Of a stretch of DNA of 64,000 nt, positions 13,618 to 26,738 are shown in pieces; position 1 is the stretch's first letter, and every line of letters starts with the position of its first letter. The DNA is from Octopus vulgaris. Its lineage: Eukaryota. The DNA lies in assembly GCA_951406725.2 (NCBI GenBank), contig OX597822.1, forward strand, positions 1,550,001 through 1,614,000, in the 5' to 3' direction. A program made the translations under genes and the position numbers. The notes below the pieces were generated by a model. The model worked only from the letters and a program-made list of their open reading frames with translations, did not search any database and was not told the DNA's origin.

Positions 13618-15414
13618 CTGCATATAAATCATCTCATTTACATGGATGATTTAAAGCTCTTTGCAAAAAATGACCAACAACTCAAGGGCTTACTAGAGAT
13701 TGTTAAACAATTCAGTGATGACATCAGAATGCAATTTGTCCACGATAAATGTGCAAAAGCTACCTTTATCAAAGGAAAAATGACAGAAACATCTAACGTT
13801 AACCTTGACAAGCAGAATGTCATAAAAGAATTAGACCCAGCAGAGAACTACAAGTATCTAGGGATAATTGAAGGAGAAGGAATAAGGCATTCAGAGATGA
13901 AGGAAAGGATCAGGAGAGAATGTTATCGCAGAGTAAGAGCAATACTCAAGACAGAGCTGAATGCGAGAAACAGGATCGAAGCGATCAATGCATTAGCCAT
14001 ACCAGTTGTGACTTACATTTTCAATATCGTGAACTGGTCAATTACTGAAATATGTAATCTTGACAGAAAAATACGAAAACTGTTGACAATGCATAGAATG
14101 CACCACCCTAAGGCAGATACAGAACGACTTTGTCTGCCAAGAAAAGAGGGAGGCCGTGGACTTTTACAACTGGCAATAACAATGAAGATTGCTACAATTG
14201 GCCTAGACACCTTCCTGAAAAACTCTGAGGATTGGATGTTAAAACTTGTCTCAAAACATGAAAACAAGAAAGCATCATACTCAGTAACAAAACAGGCAAA
14301 GGAATATCTAAGTGAATTCCGAATACAACAAATTTCGGAATTAGACATACAAGAAACAAGCACAGAAAAAGCTAAACGCATGAAAGCCCGTGCTAAAACT
14401 GCGGCCTTAGATATTCTGAATGATAAATGGCAAGAAAATCCTCTCTATGGCAAATACCCAAAGAGAGCGAATAATGCAGATGTTGACAAAGCCCTGACCC
14501 ATCAATGGCTAATGGCCTCTGGCTTAAAATCTGAAACAGAGGGGTTTATCATAGCAGCTCAAGATCAATGCCTACCAACAAGGAACTACCAGGCCAACAT
14601 ATTAAAGAACGGCAGTAGCCCAATATGTCGTGTATGTCAACAACAAAATGAAACCATTGATCATGTGGTCTCCAAGTGCAGTCTTCTAGCGCCTACAGAG
14701 TATCTCAACAGGCATGATAGAGCTGCACAATATATTTACTGGGTAATCTGCAAAAACCTGGATTTGCCCCATGAAAAAAACTGGTGGGAACACAAACCAC
14801 CTCCAGTGCTTGAAAATGACCACATCTCACTCCTCTGGAACATCACCATTCAAACTGACAGAAAGATAGATGCAAATAGGCCAGACATCATATTGAAAGA
14901 CTTCAGACAAAGAACATGCCTCCTCATTGATATGCCTGTCCCAATCGATATAAACGTATCTGTCAAGACCTACCAAAAACTGAGCAAATATAAAGATCTT
15001 GAAATAGAAATCAACAAAATGTGGAAGCTGAAGACTAAAACAATACCTGTTGTCATAGGTTCCCTGGGAATGATAGCAAAAGGGGCTAATTGCTACCTAA
15101 CTCAGATACCAGGAAACCCCAAAATGGCAGAAATTCAAAAGATAGTGCTCATGAGAACTGCTCATATCTTACGCAAAATACTTTCTATGTAATCTCAGGG
15201 TTTAAAACACATAATTTTCGTTTTTTTGTGTGTGTGTTTTTTTAGACATTTACTAGTACAACACCAAAAGAAAACCCAAATATATGGCACAATAGGTATA
15301 ACAACAACATGAACTTCCAACTTGTTGTCTCTTGAGGACTCTGGGTGAGACTTGGAGCCAACTTGTACAAATGTAAAGCAAAAGTCAAACAGAGAATAAT
15401 AATAATAATAATAA
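13618..15414 (+). mobile_element. R4/Dong-clade (RLE-type) non-LTR retrotransposon, 5'-truncated, ORF open to 15192, (AAT)n tail
   Basis: RT motif HLIYMDDLKLF, YKYLG, HPKAD.ERL.LPRKEGGRGL, CCHC knuckle CRVC..ETIDHVVSKC, RHD, and restriction-like endonuclease NRPD..ID..P...K..KY.DL. 3' UTR then (AAT)n at 15395-15414. Confidence 0.9.
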
Positions 15415-15624
15415 AAGTTCGGTGGACAGATAACCATAAATACTGTGAAATATTCGGTTTATGATTTACTTACTACTATGCAAAACACCTTCCAAAAACC
15501 CCGGAATAAACTCATCCCGTAAATACCCAACAAACTGAACAAAGGCCACAACATGTGCAATAGAAGGCCGATACCCAACAGAAGAACACAACCTGCGCAA
15601 TTACCAGATGGCCAGACATTAAAT

Positions 15625-16020
15625 CATTGAAAGGAGGAGAAAGTTATAAGTTGGGAGTATTAGGATCTGACGGAGTACTAACTATAGAAATGAAAACGAA
15701 ATTTGAGAAGGAGTACATCAGAAGGGTGAGGAAGCTAATAAAGTCAAAGCCAAATGGTCCGAATCTAGGGAAGACTGTAAATACTTGTTCAGTATCATTA
15801 TTTATCTACTCGGCAGCTTTTGTAGATTGGACAAAAACGGAATTAGCAAATTTAAGCAGAATATCTAGGAAGGATTTCAATATGAATGGAGGACCCCACC
15901 CAAAGGCAGGAGTAGAAAGATTATACTTACCTAGAAAGAAGGCGGAAGAGGGTTAATGCCAGTAGAAGACTGCGTGGAGTTAGCTAGAGTAGGTATAGAA
16001 TCCTATGTACGTAATAGGGA
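15625..16020 (+). pseudogene. older R4/Dong-related RT fragment
   Basis: EYIRRVRKLIKSK...VDWTKTEL...HPKAGVERLYLPRKK is homologous to the ORF at 13900-14160. A related endonuclease-end remnant lies at 13150-13480. Confidence 0.7.
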
Positions 16021-16391
16021 AGAAAGTTTATTATAATTTTAAAAAAATCATAAAATGAAACCGGTCAAGTCAATAAACAGCTTGAAAAAACCTCCAAATT
16101 TTTAAATCCTCCTCCCTTGACCCTCCATAAATCCAAACTTTTATTTTGGTATTTATGGGAGCAACTATCTTCGAAGACTCATATTGTCGTTGATACCATG
16201 AAATGGGGAAGAGACAGACAGCCGACAACTTGTAAAGGGTACTTCTTTGTATTGTCTTTTTTTCTCTCATTATTTGCGTATTTAACTCATTAATTTTCGT
16301 ATTTCATGTTGTTTACTGTTGGTTACGTCTTGTACCCATATATACATTTGTATATGTATGTATATGCATATATATATATATATATATATAT

Positions 16392-16434
<43 letters not shown>

Positions 16435-16707
16435 CGCAGGCGTGGCTGTGTGGTAAGAAGGCGGTGAGCTGGCAGAAACGTTAGTGCGTCGGGCGAAATG
16501 CTTAGCAATATTTCGTCTGCCGTTACGTTCTGAGTTCAAATTCCGCCGAGGTCGACTTTGCTTTTCAACCTTTCGGAGACGATCATGGGGCGGTTATCTT
16601 CTCTCTCAGTGTATATTTATTTAGGTATTGCTCGCTTCTTTACAGCATTGAGAGTTATAACTCTTATTTCTTGCAATATAGGTGCTTCGGTACCCTCGGT
16701 CACAATT

Positions 16708-16744
<37 letters not shown>

Positions 16745-17540
16745 ACACATATAGTCTTTCTATATATTTATCCATTAATCAATGATATATATATATCATC
16801 AATGCATCATTTACTTAATGAATAAATCGACCATATTCAATCCATTACATACACATATTATATGTTATAGATATATGTCAGTGTGTGTTTATATATATAT
16901 ATATATATATATGCCAATATGTGTGTATGTGTGTATATATTAACATATGTGTGTGTGAATGTGCGCATGTATACATAGATATCTAGATATGTGTATATAG
17001 ATGTGCGCGTGTGTGCATTATGAAAGTAGCATGCGTTTTGGATGCACTTTTGCTGCATACACTCACATTAATATTTTAATGGAGGTGGCCTATATTTCTT
17101 GTAGCATATTTCACTTTACATAGCTACTTTCAAAAACTGCAAAAAAAAAGACAAAAAATATAACAGACAATGAAAATCTACGGAAACGATGGAAGCTATT
17201 TGTCCAATTGTATATGCAGTATAGGTATGTGTGCATGCTTGTTTTCGTATATGTATTAATGGTATAAGTGTGTAAATATGTTACGCGGTTTCCTGTTGTA
17301 TCCCAGAGTGTACATATAACATTAAAGAAACGATGACACACATAGTTTTGTAAGCATTTAGTTCACTTCTATTCGAACTTACATTAGTTCATTCAACCCC
17401 TTACCGCTTTGTACTTATATACGTATATATATATTTGTGTGCATGTGTATATGTGTACTTGTACTTATGTATACACATTCACACAGCATACTTGTAAATG
17501 TGTAATATTTTGTATGCTTGTATAGATTCGTATTATTTTT

Positions 17541-17577
<37 letters not shown>

Positions 17578-17578
17578 T

Positions 17579-17981
17579 GTTTCTTTATTAGCCACACAGA
17601 GCTGCACACAGACGGGACAGATTACAAAGTAGGGCTTTTCTTTTTGGGGGAGAGAAAAAATAAAATAAAATAAAATAAAATGAAAAATAAAAAAAGGGGT
17701 GGGTTAGCTTTTTGATCAAAAGGGGTCGTAAAAGGAAAAGAAGAAAAAAAAGGGAAAAAAGGGGAAAAAAACGCTCAATAGGGATCATATATCACAGTGT
17801 CATGGTGTAAAGTGTAAAGGGGGAAGCAGATAATGTTTTTCCGTGGGAAGAAAAGTCTACAGAAAAGACCACGGTAACCTCGGTCCATGATGTTACATGT
17901 TACCACATTTGTTTGCAAGTAGGTAACCCTCTGTTTTAAATTTTCCGGGTTCATAGGATTATGCTCAAAGTGGCTTCGTCA
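17579..17981 (-). mobile_element. third copy of the Tx1-type 3' end
   Basis: Reverse complement matches 1293-1756 and ends AATAAAGAAAC followed by ATATCTAT. Confidence 0.7.
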
Positions 17982-18035
17982 CACACATAGATATATGGAT
18001 ACGTAGATAGATAGATACATACATACATACATACA

Positions 18036-18071
<36 letters not shown>

Positions 18072-18090
18072 TATACATATATGTATTTTT

Positions 18091-18149
<59 letters not shown>

Positions 18150-18426
18150 TGTACATGTCTTTATGTGTATAGTTGTATATATCGACACGTGAATTAGTTG
18201 GCATTACTTTTACTGTATATACAAATATAATCATATATATATATAAGCCGATTTATCCTATTTAGTAGTAAACTCTAAGGGAAAATGCTTAATATCTCTA
18301 CTTACAGGGATATACATACACGTATACGTGCATACACACTTACATTGATATGTACATATTATTGTGTATACTTGTGTATACATATATTTCATACTTGTTT
18401 TCTTACATATAAACACACACGCACAC

Positions 18427-18463
<37 letters not shown>

Positions 18464-18917
18464 GGCAGTCGTATGTGTGGAGGGGATTTATTCGCAAAGG
18501 ACCTTCCTGTGGGGTAATATCGAACTGTCTTGGCAAAGTTTACTTTGGCTAACTAAACCACAGAATGAGGAATTACAACCGTAGATTCTTACCCCAATAA
18601 TTGAGATTATAGCTTCATTTCCTCCTTCGCTTTTTATTTGGCAAAACCTATATATATTTTTATTGGATTAATAAATGAAATCGCTTGTGTCTTCTCTCGG
18701 TGTACTTTGGTTTAATGCTCGAATAATTAACATCAGCCGCCTGGCTGATATCTGTCTCTCTATCTATTTGATCTCTCTCTCTCTCTGTCTCTCTCTCTCT
18801 CTGTGTTCCTCTGCCTGTACAGATATTTAACTGAGGCCTGTCAATCTGTATGACTGCTGTTTTTGTCTACACTTCTGTCTGTCCACCTGTCTATCTCTCT
18901 CTCTCTTTTCCCCCCTT

Positions 18918-18966
<49 letters not shown>

Positions 18967-19899
18967 CATTATCCATCATTAATCCTACACAAGTCCCACT
19001 ACACTATAAAACCTCACGGAACCTATCACAGTAACTAATGAAATAACACTAAACACAAATATGATTTTCCATTCACAAAGTTTTCCCTTGTTTCTGACTT
19101 TCACTTTATTTAGATATCAAAACCTTCTCCAGTTCCATTATTGGTCTCTCTTTTTTCTCTATCTTTTTCTTGCTGTCATTTGTCCCCTTTTTAGAGGGTT
19201 TTTTTTCCCTGAAATTTAGAATATCTCTTTCATGTTTTTTGCTATTTTTCTAGAATTTTCATTCCACTATTTTTTGTTGCTTTCTTATTTTCTCTCTTTC
19301 TTTCTTTGGTTTTTCTTTCGTCTTTTGTTTTTTAGTATTTTATTATCGTTTTATCTTTCTCTCTTCATTATTCTTTCATTACTCTTCTTTTTCTTTCCTT
19401 CTTTTCTTTACTTGCTTTCTTTTCAAAAATCCCAATTTTTCTTTCTTTATTATTTCTTTAGTTTTTGTTATTCATTTACTTCACTCTTGTATTATTGCAT
19501 GAAATCTGTCGCTGTTCATCTTTTTCTTCATTTTGTTCTTTCTTTAATTCGTTCTTTTTTTAGGTTTTTTTCTCTCTCTCTCTCTATCTGTTATTTTTAA
19601 GTTCTCTCATTCTTTAATCTTCTAAGGGTTTTTTTCTTCAGTTTCGGTATTTTTTCTATATTTTTTCATATTCTATATATCTATTCATTTCTATTTATCT
19701 ACTGCACCTCACCTCCATGTTCTATTTATTAGTTTAAAATCTAAACTTTTTTTCTACAATTATTTAATTACTTGGCAAATTATTTATTTCAAAGACATTC
19801 ATCATAATTATTCAACTTCAGTTCTTTCACTGGATTAGAAATTTTGGTTTTTCTATGTCTATACAAAAACTAAAAACAAAACAAAAATATAAAAATGGT

Positions 19900-22072
19900 T
19901 TCTCATACTCAGGTACAAGGCCAAAAATTTTCAAAGGATGGAGATTAATAGATTCTAACGAACCCAGTACTTTACTGGTACTTTGTTATATTCACGCGAA
20001 AAGGGTGAAATGTAATGTTGACTTCGCCACGATTTGAATAAGACCGTAAACAGTCGGAACAAAAATATGTCTTTCCGACACCGCCAGTGATTCTACCAGC
20101 TCGCAGACTTAAAGCCAAATATAAGAATCTTTTCTACTCTGGACACAAGGTCTGAAGTTTAGTGGGGTGAGGAGGATAGCTAGTTGATTTCATTAAATCT
20201 TAGGATCTTTTCGGTTTGAACGGCAGTTTTTTCTAGCGGTGTCATATGAAATTGTCACCCTTAATTATGACCCTAGAATCTATCTATTGCATTTCAATCT
20301 GTTTTAGGTTTAGAAGTGGGGGTGTGGTATCTTTTTTCTTCAAAAATGTAAATAAACCCAATCTGCTTCTTAAACGAGGGACATATTCATACGGCACATA
20401 ATGTTTTTTACCTCAATGGACGTAATTGATTGGTTGAAATTGCAGAAATTGAAGAAAAAAATAACAACAAATATCTTATAAACTATAGAATTTTCTCAAT
20501 AAAGCCAAGAGAAAAAAATGTTTTATGAACACATTCTACCAGTATACGAAGTCTAAAAGTGTTTAGCTACGTGGAAATTATTTTAAAAAACTGCCAGTCA
20601 AACCGAAAAGATCCAAATCTTACTCCAGTACTCAATTAGTACTTATTTTATGAACACGCCAAGTCAACCTAAGCGGAATCTGAACTCAGAATGTAAAGAC
20701 AGACGAAATGCCACTAAGCGTTTTGACCGACGTACCAGCAATTTTGCTTGCTCACCTCGTTAACAAATTAAGATAATAAGAAACTAATTATGATAATCCA
20801 TTCCATCACAAGCATAAGAATAAGAGCTGAAACTCTGGGGGAGCGGGGAAGTCGAATCTCAACTGGCACTTATTTTATCGACCCCGAGATGTTGAAAAGT
20901 GAAGTCGACCTCAAAGTAGTTTGAACTCAGAATGTAAAGGCGGCCGAAATGTTGCAAAGCTTGAAACATGAAAAAGACTATACACAATAATCCTTTCTAC
21001 TATAAGCACAAGACCTGGAATTTTCAGGGAGGTGGCTAGTCGATCACATTTATCAGAGTGTGTATACCACCGGTACTTATTTCCTCGACCCTAAAAGGAT
21101 GAAAAGCAAAGACGACCTTGGCGGAATTTGAATTCAGAACATAAAGAGAGACGAAATATCTATTTCTTTACTACCCACAAGGGGCTAAACACAGAGAGGA
21201 CAAACAAGGACAGACAAGGAGATTAAGTCGATTATATCGACCCCAGTGCGTAACTGGTACTTATTTATTCGACCCGAAAGGATGAAAGGCAAAGTCGACG
21301 TCGGCGGAATTTGAACTCAGAACATAGCGGCAGACGAAATACCTATTTCTTTACTGCCCACAAGGGGCTATACGCAGAGGGGACAAGCAACGACAGACAA
21401 ATGAACTAAGTCGGTTACATCGACTCCAGTGCGCCACTGGTACTTAATTTATCGACCCCGAAAGGATGAAAGGTAAAGTTGAGCTCGGCGGAATTTGAAC
21501 TCCGAACGCAGCGGCAGACGAAATACCACAAAGGATTTCGCCCGGCGTGCTAATGTTTCTGTCAGCTCGCCGCCTTAAAGCATTAAAAGAAAAAAAAAAT
21601 GAGAATCCTTTACGATTTTCTTTTTCTTTAAAATTACATTTTCAGGATAACACCATATATTTCTTTATTACCCACAAGGGGCTAAACACAGAGACGACAA
21701 ACAAGGACAGAGAAACGGATTAAGTCGTTTACATCGACCCCAGTGTGTAACTGGTACTTATTTAATCGACTCCGAATGGGTGAAAGCCAAAGTCGACGTC
21801 GGCGGAATTTGAACTCAGAACATAGCGGCAGACGAAATACCTATTTCTTTACTGCCCACAAGGGGCTACACACAGAGGGAACAAACAAGGACAGACAAAT
21901 GGATTAAGTTATTACATCGACCCCAGTGCGCCACTGCTACTTAATTTATCGACCTCGAAAGGATGAAAGGTAAAGTCGACCTAGGCTGAATTTGAACTCA
22001 GAACGTAAAGACAGACGAAATACGGCTACGCATTTCGCCCGGCGTGCTAACGTTTCTGCCAGCTCGTCGCCT
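19900..22072 (-). mobile_element. pile-up of SINE family 1 copies including two head-to-tail dimers (21160-21576, 21658-22072)
   Basis: At least 8 partial or complete copies of the same consensus. Dimer 21658-22072 is flanked by TTTCAGGATAACA direct repeats. Confidence 0.85.
20203..20614. mobile_element. MITE (about 30 bp TIR GGATCTTTTCGGTTTGAACGGCAGTTTTT), copy 1
   Basis: TIRs at both ends; 8-bp TSD AAATCTTA. Confidence 0.9.
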
Positions 22073-22631
22073 TTCAGGATAACAGCATAACTTTTATGCT
22101 GACAAGTAATTTGATCCCAGATTTCTTGGAAGCAGCAAAATGTGTATATTTTAATACAATAGATATTAGAATTAAATCAACGGCATTTGTCACAGCATTA
22201 TTAAAAGGAACGAAGACCTAGGAACATAATTCCTCCGTTCTTTCTTCCTTCCTTTCTTTCTTTCTTTCTTACTTCCTTTCTTTCTTTCTTACTTCCTCGT
22301 TTTCTTTCTTTTTTCCTTCAGTCGTTCTTTCATTTAATTAGCTATTCCTTCTTTTGTTCTTTTCTTTAACGCCCGTTCCTCTTTCTCTCTATTTTTTCTC
22401 TCCCTCTCTCTCTCTTTTCTCTCTCTTTCTTCATCTCTATCTCTTTTACTCTCTCTTTCTTCCTCTCATTCTCTTTTCCTCTCATTCTTTCCCCCCTCTC
22501 TCTGTCATTTACTTTCCCTGAGATGTATATATTTATGTGTGTACGTATGTATGTGTATACACGCACACACTCACACACACACACATATATAACACCCGCG
22601 ATAGTCGAGGGATTACTGGATATGTATGTGT

Positions 22632-22672
<41 letters not shown>

Positions 22673-22778
22673 TAAGGGCTACTGGATATGACCAGCGCCA
22701 TTGCTAGGAATAGGGGTCAAATACCTACAATCTTCTCTATAATCTGTTCTCTATATTCAACCCAGTTTATAAGTATAA

Positions 22779-22870
<92 letters not shown>

Positions 22871-23155
22871 TATATTTATACATACATATATATAAATTTA
22901 TATAAATAAGGATAAGATCGTTGTTTAAAATACCGATCATATCAAGTTGCTAGCATGGGAATAAAAACATCATAGGTAATAATTACTATTAAAATTATAA
23001 TTAAAGGTATCTAAAATATACCACCATGCTAGATATAGCAGCCAAAACTTGACTCCAAAACTTGACTCTGTATGAATATTTGATGTGTTTTAGAGTCAAG
23101 TTTTGACTGCTATATCTAGCATTATAGTATCTTTTCGATAACCTTAATTATAATT

Positions 23156-23186
<31 letters not shown>

Positions 23187-23584
23187 ATACATTACATATA
23201 TATGTATATATATATGTGTGTGTGTGTAAATATATATATATATATATATATACACAAATATACCCGTACATTTAAGCATATGTATACATACACACACATA
23301 TGCATATATAAATGCATATTTATATAAATAGGAATAAAAATACACACACGCACATACGTACACACGCACACACACACACACGCACACACGCACACACACA
23401 TACACACGCACATACAAGTCGGCCTAATTACAAGGTATACCTTTTTAAAAGCTATTTATATTCTACTTTTATTTCTATATTTTTATAACAATTATACTTT
23501 AATCACCAATCATTCTCGTTACTTTCAATGCATTTCTTCCCTTCTTTTCTCTCGTTCTTCCCTCGTTCCTTCGTTCGTTCGTTC

Positions 23585-23615
<31 letters not shown>

Positions 23616-24311
23616 TTCTTTACTTTTCCATTCTCTCTGTATTTCAATAATTTTCTTTTTTCTTATTCTTCATTTATCCTTTATATTTCATAATTTAGTT
23701 AACTTTTCTTCTTTATTTTCCTATGTTCGTCTGAGCTGTGCGCATGTGTGCGTAATTGTATGTTATTTTTTTCTTGTTTTGTTTATATGTCTCGTTCCTT
23801 TGCACACCTAATTATATTTATTACTCTAAAATCCGAGGATATTTTAGTATTCATTTATTTAATTACTTGCCTAATTATTTATTCCAAAGACATTCATAAT
23901 TTTATTCAACTTCAATCGTACAATGTATCAGAATTTTTATATTCTATAAAAAAATATAAAACCTTCTTCTTCCTCGGAAAAAAGAAATAGAATTCTTTAT
24001 AAAATTTTAGTTGAAAATTACATTTTCATGACAGTAACCAAAATTTTCACATTAGTATGGAATTAAATCTGAAAGTTCTTCAAAGCACCAGCGTTCCTAT
24101 TTTCTATGAAAAGGTAGAATTTGAATAACAGAAGCAATTAGTTATAGTATCATTGGTTTCAAATTTTGATACAATGGTCGTCCTCATCGGAATTTGAACT
24201 CAGAATATATAGACGGACGAAATGCCGCTGTGCATTTTTGTCTGGCGTGATAACGATTCTGCCAGCACGCCGCCTCACGCAAAATTTCATATTAGTGAAG
24301 AATTACAGTGA

Positions 24312-24560
24312 AGGCGCGTGGCTTAGTGGTTAGGGTGCTGGGCTCATAATCGTAAGATTGCGGTTTCGATTCCTGGGCGGCATGTGTTCTTGAGCAAAAC
24401 ACTTCATTTCACGTTGCTCCAGTCCACTCAGCTGACAAAAGTATTAATCCTGCGAGGAACCCTTCCTCACCTCGTTCAGGAGGGAGATATATATGCCATG
24501 GAAACTGAGAGACCGTCTCTATGAGTCTATCACTTGGGGAGGAAATTTACTTCTTTTACT
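24312..24560 (+). mobile_element. tRNA-derived SINE family 3
   Basis: ggcgcgtggcttagtggttaggg...ggtttcgattcc...tgttcttgagcaaaacacttcatttcacgttgctccagtccactcagctg. Related copies at 30098-30290, 35240-35560, 52700-52960. Confidence 0.75.
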
Positions 24561-25469
24561 AAGGAATTAGATCTGAGAATTTTTCAAAGCACCAGTTTTG
24601 CTATATTCTATGATGTCGTAGAATTTGAATAATAGAAGCAATATGTTTTAGTATCATTAAAAAGAAAACAAATCTATTAACCAAGATTCTCTTTACTTCA
24701 ACTTCTAGCTATAATTCTTCTGTAAAACTGAAGGTCTAACAAGATTCTAAACAATACAATGATCTTTTATATTTCAATAGAACTTGTACTGAAACATCGC
24801 GAAGCAAAGCAAAGCATGTACCGTGCCTTTGCTAATTGCTTTATGTGCCTGTCTAGTCGCGAGCAGACACGGGCATCCACACTAGGACTTCGTATCTCTT
24901 TACCAAGCCGAACAGTAAGGATTGATAGACGGTGTGCGATAGGGTTGCTTCAATATTTCACTTCTACTCATTTACAGCTGAATAGGCTGGGGCCAAGTGA
25001 GATGAAGAGACTTGCTCAAGGTCACAACATGCCCTTTTAAGTAGAAATCGAACCGGTGCACTTATGACCGTGAGCCCAGCACTTTAGCCTCTAGGCCACA
25101 CGCTTTCTTACTTCCTACCTGTGAAACAGCTTAAAAGAGGAGAAAGTCAATAACTTTCTTTCCCAAAGCATTTGGTACAAATACAAAGAAAATTAAAATT
25201 GTCCATATATAATACATTCGATAATGTATTGCCCCCAAACCTGAGAATATAATAATCTCTGGTGGTCTTTAGGCACTTTCCTTTACGTTCGGAGTTCACA
25301 TCCCGTTGAATTCTGTTTTGACTTTCTTCCGAGTTTGATCAAATAAACTACAGTTGATTAAGTCGATTAGATTTGATTGTAAAAAAAAAGGTATCTCTCC
25401 TCAAACCTTTCAGCGGTGTCTACCACACAACTTCTCTCGCTATAGCCTCCAGTCAGAAGAAAATTACTT

Positions 25470-25900
25470 GGATCTTTTCGGTTTGAACGGCAGTTTTTTC
25501 TAGCGGTGTCATATGAAATTGTCACCCATAATTATGACCCTAGTATCGATCTATTGCATTTCAATCTCTTTTAAGGTTAGTGTTAGAGTTAGGGTTAGGG
25601 GTGGGGGAAAGGGTATCTTTTTTTCTTCACAAATGTAAATAAACCCAATCTGTTTCTTAAACGAGGGACATATTCATACGGCACAGAATGTTTTTTTTTA
25701 CCTCAATAGACATCATTGATTGGTTGAAATTGCAGAAATTGAAGAAAAAAACAACAAATATCTTACAAACTATAGAATTTTCTCAATAAAGCCAAGAGAA
25801 AAAGATGTTTTATAAACACATTCTACCAGTATACGAAGTTTAAAAGTTTTTAGTTACCTAGAAATTATGTTAAAAACTGCCGTTCAAACCGAAAAGATCC
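25470..25900. mobile_element. same MITE, copy 2
   Basis: Perfect TIRs; 8-bp TSD AATTACTT; about 290 bp upstream of the exon-1 acceptor. Confidence 0.92.
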
Positions 25901-26258
25901 AATTACTTTCCCAATTCTATTAAAGAAGGGCGTTGGGATGATTTCCCGATGTAGTAATGTTTGCTAAAATAAAATAGTGAAGTATTGGGTTCGATCCAAT
26001 CGACAATTCCCTCACACTAAATTTCTCGCCTTTATGTAAAGAATTAATTTATTTACTCCACGATGAATGTATTACTGACACAATATATTATACACACAAT
26101 TAATACCACTTAAAAAATTATATCTCTGTTTTATATGCTATTTCATAAATAATTATTTCAATTTTATTCTTTTATTTTTTCCGTCGACAGGAAAAAGAAA
26201 AGAGAGTGAAAATAAAGAAAAAGAACACTAAGCCATCCAATTGGTTTTATGATCCAGC

Positions 26259-26454
26259 ATGGGATCGAAACGTCGCCGTTTGTCCTTACTGACCCTCACA
26301 CTTGCTTCAATGACAGTGGTAACTCTCTCCATAAGCCTTTCCACAGATTTTTGGATATACGTGAAAGAGCCTCTCGTTATCGACCCAAAGACAGAAATGG
26401 TGGTTGAGTACCGATTTAGCAGGATGGGGTTATGGAGGAAATGTTCCCTTGGCC
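26259..26454 (+). CDS. CACNG: TARP/stargazin (voltage-dependent calcium channel gamma subunit, CACNG)-like protein, coding exon 1
   Basis: ATG 26259, MGSKRRRLSLLTLTLASMTVVTLSISLSTDFW...SRMGLWRKCSLG: TM1 plus the claudin/PMP22-family TD-W and GLW-x-x-C signature. Donor C|GTAAGT at 26455 (phase 1). A polypyrimidine/CAG acceptor at 26190 implies a further upstream non-coding exon. Confidence 0.88.
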
Positions 26455-26529
26455 GTAAGTAGTCCGCTAGACATTTGTTCTCACTTTTAATATCAAATTT
26501 TTACTATTATATAATGTGTTTCTGTTGTT

Positions 26530-26738
26530 GTTGTTGTTGTTGTTAAGCAACAAGACGAGTAAGGGTGATTAGGTGATGGTCTAGGGTTTAGGGGCAGGAG
26601 ACCCCAGACCTTGGAAAAAAAACTTTGGTCGTCTTGTTGTGTAGTCGAGGGCTCTTCGTTGACGTCCGACACCACCAGGAGGTGGCCCTCGAAGTCGCTG
26701 GAAATGGAAATCTCCAGGTCCAAATTCTTGAACGGCTG
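26530..26738 (-). repeat. about 210 bp repeat in (GTT)n, second copy at 29197-29399; probably a LINE-derived 3' end with a (CAA)n tail
   Basis: The two copies in intron 1 align end to end; both have a (GTT)n run at the left end. Confidence 0.7.

Noticed and set aside
18460-18760. Possible upstream non-coding exon or promoter of the TARP-like gene
   Set aside because: Unique-looking sequence, but no strong donor or promoter signal could be fixed without transcript data.
19900-22072. Regularly recurring repeats as a CRISPR-like array
   Set aside because: The units are 150-230 bp SINE copies with TSDs in a eukaryotic context. There is no constant repeat/unique spacer pattern and no cas genes.
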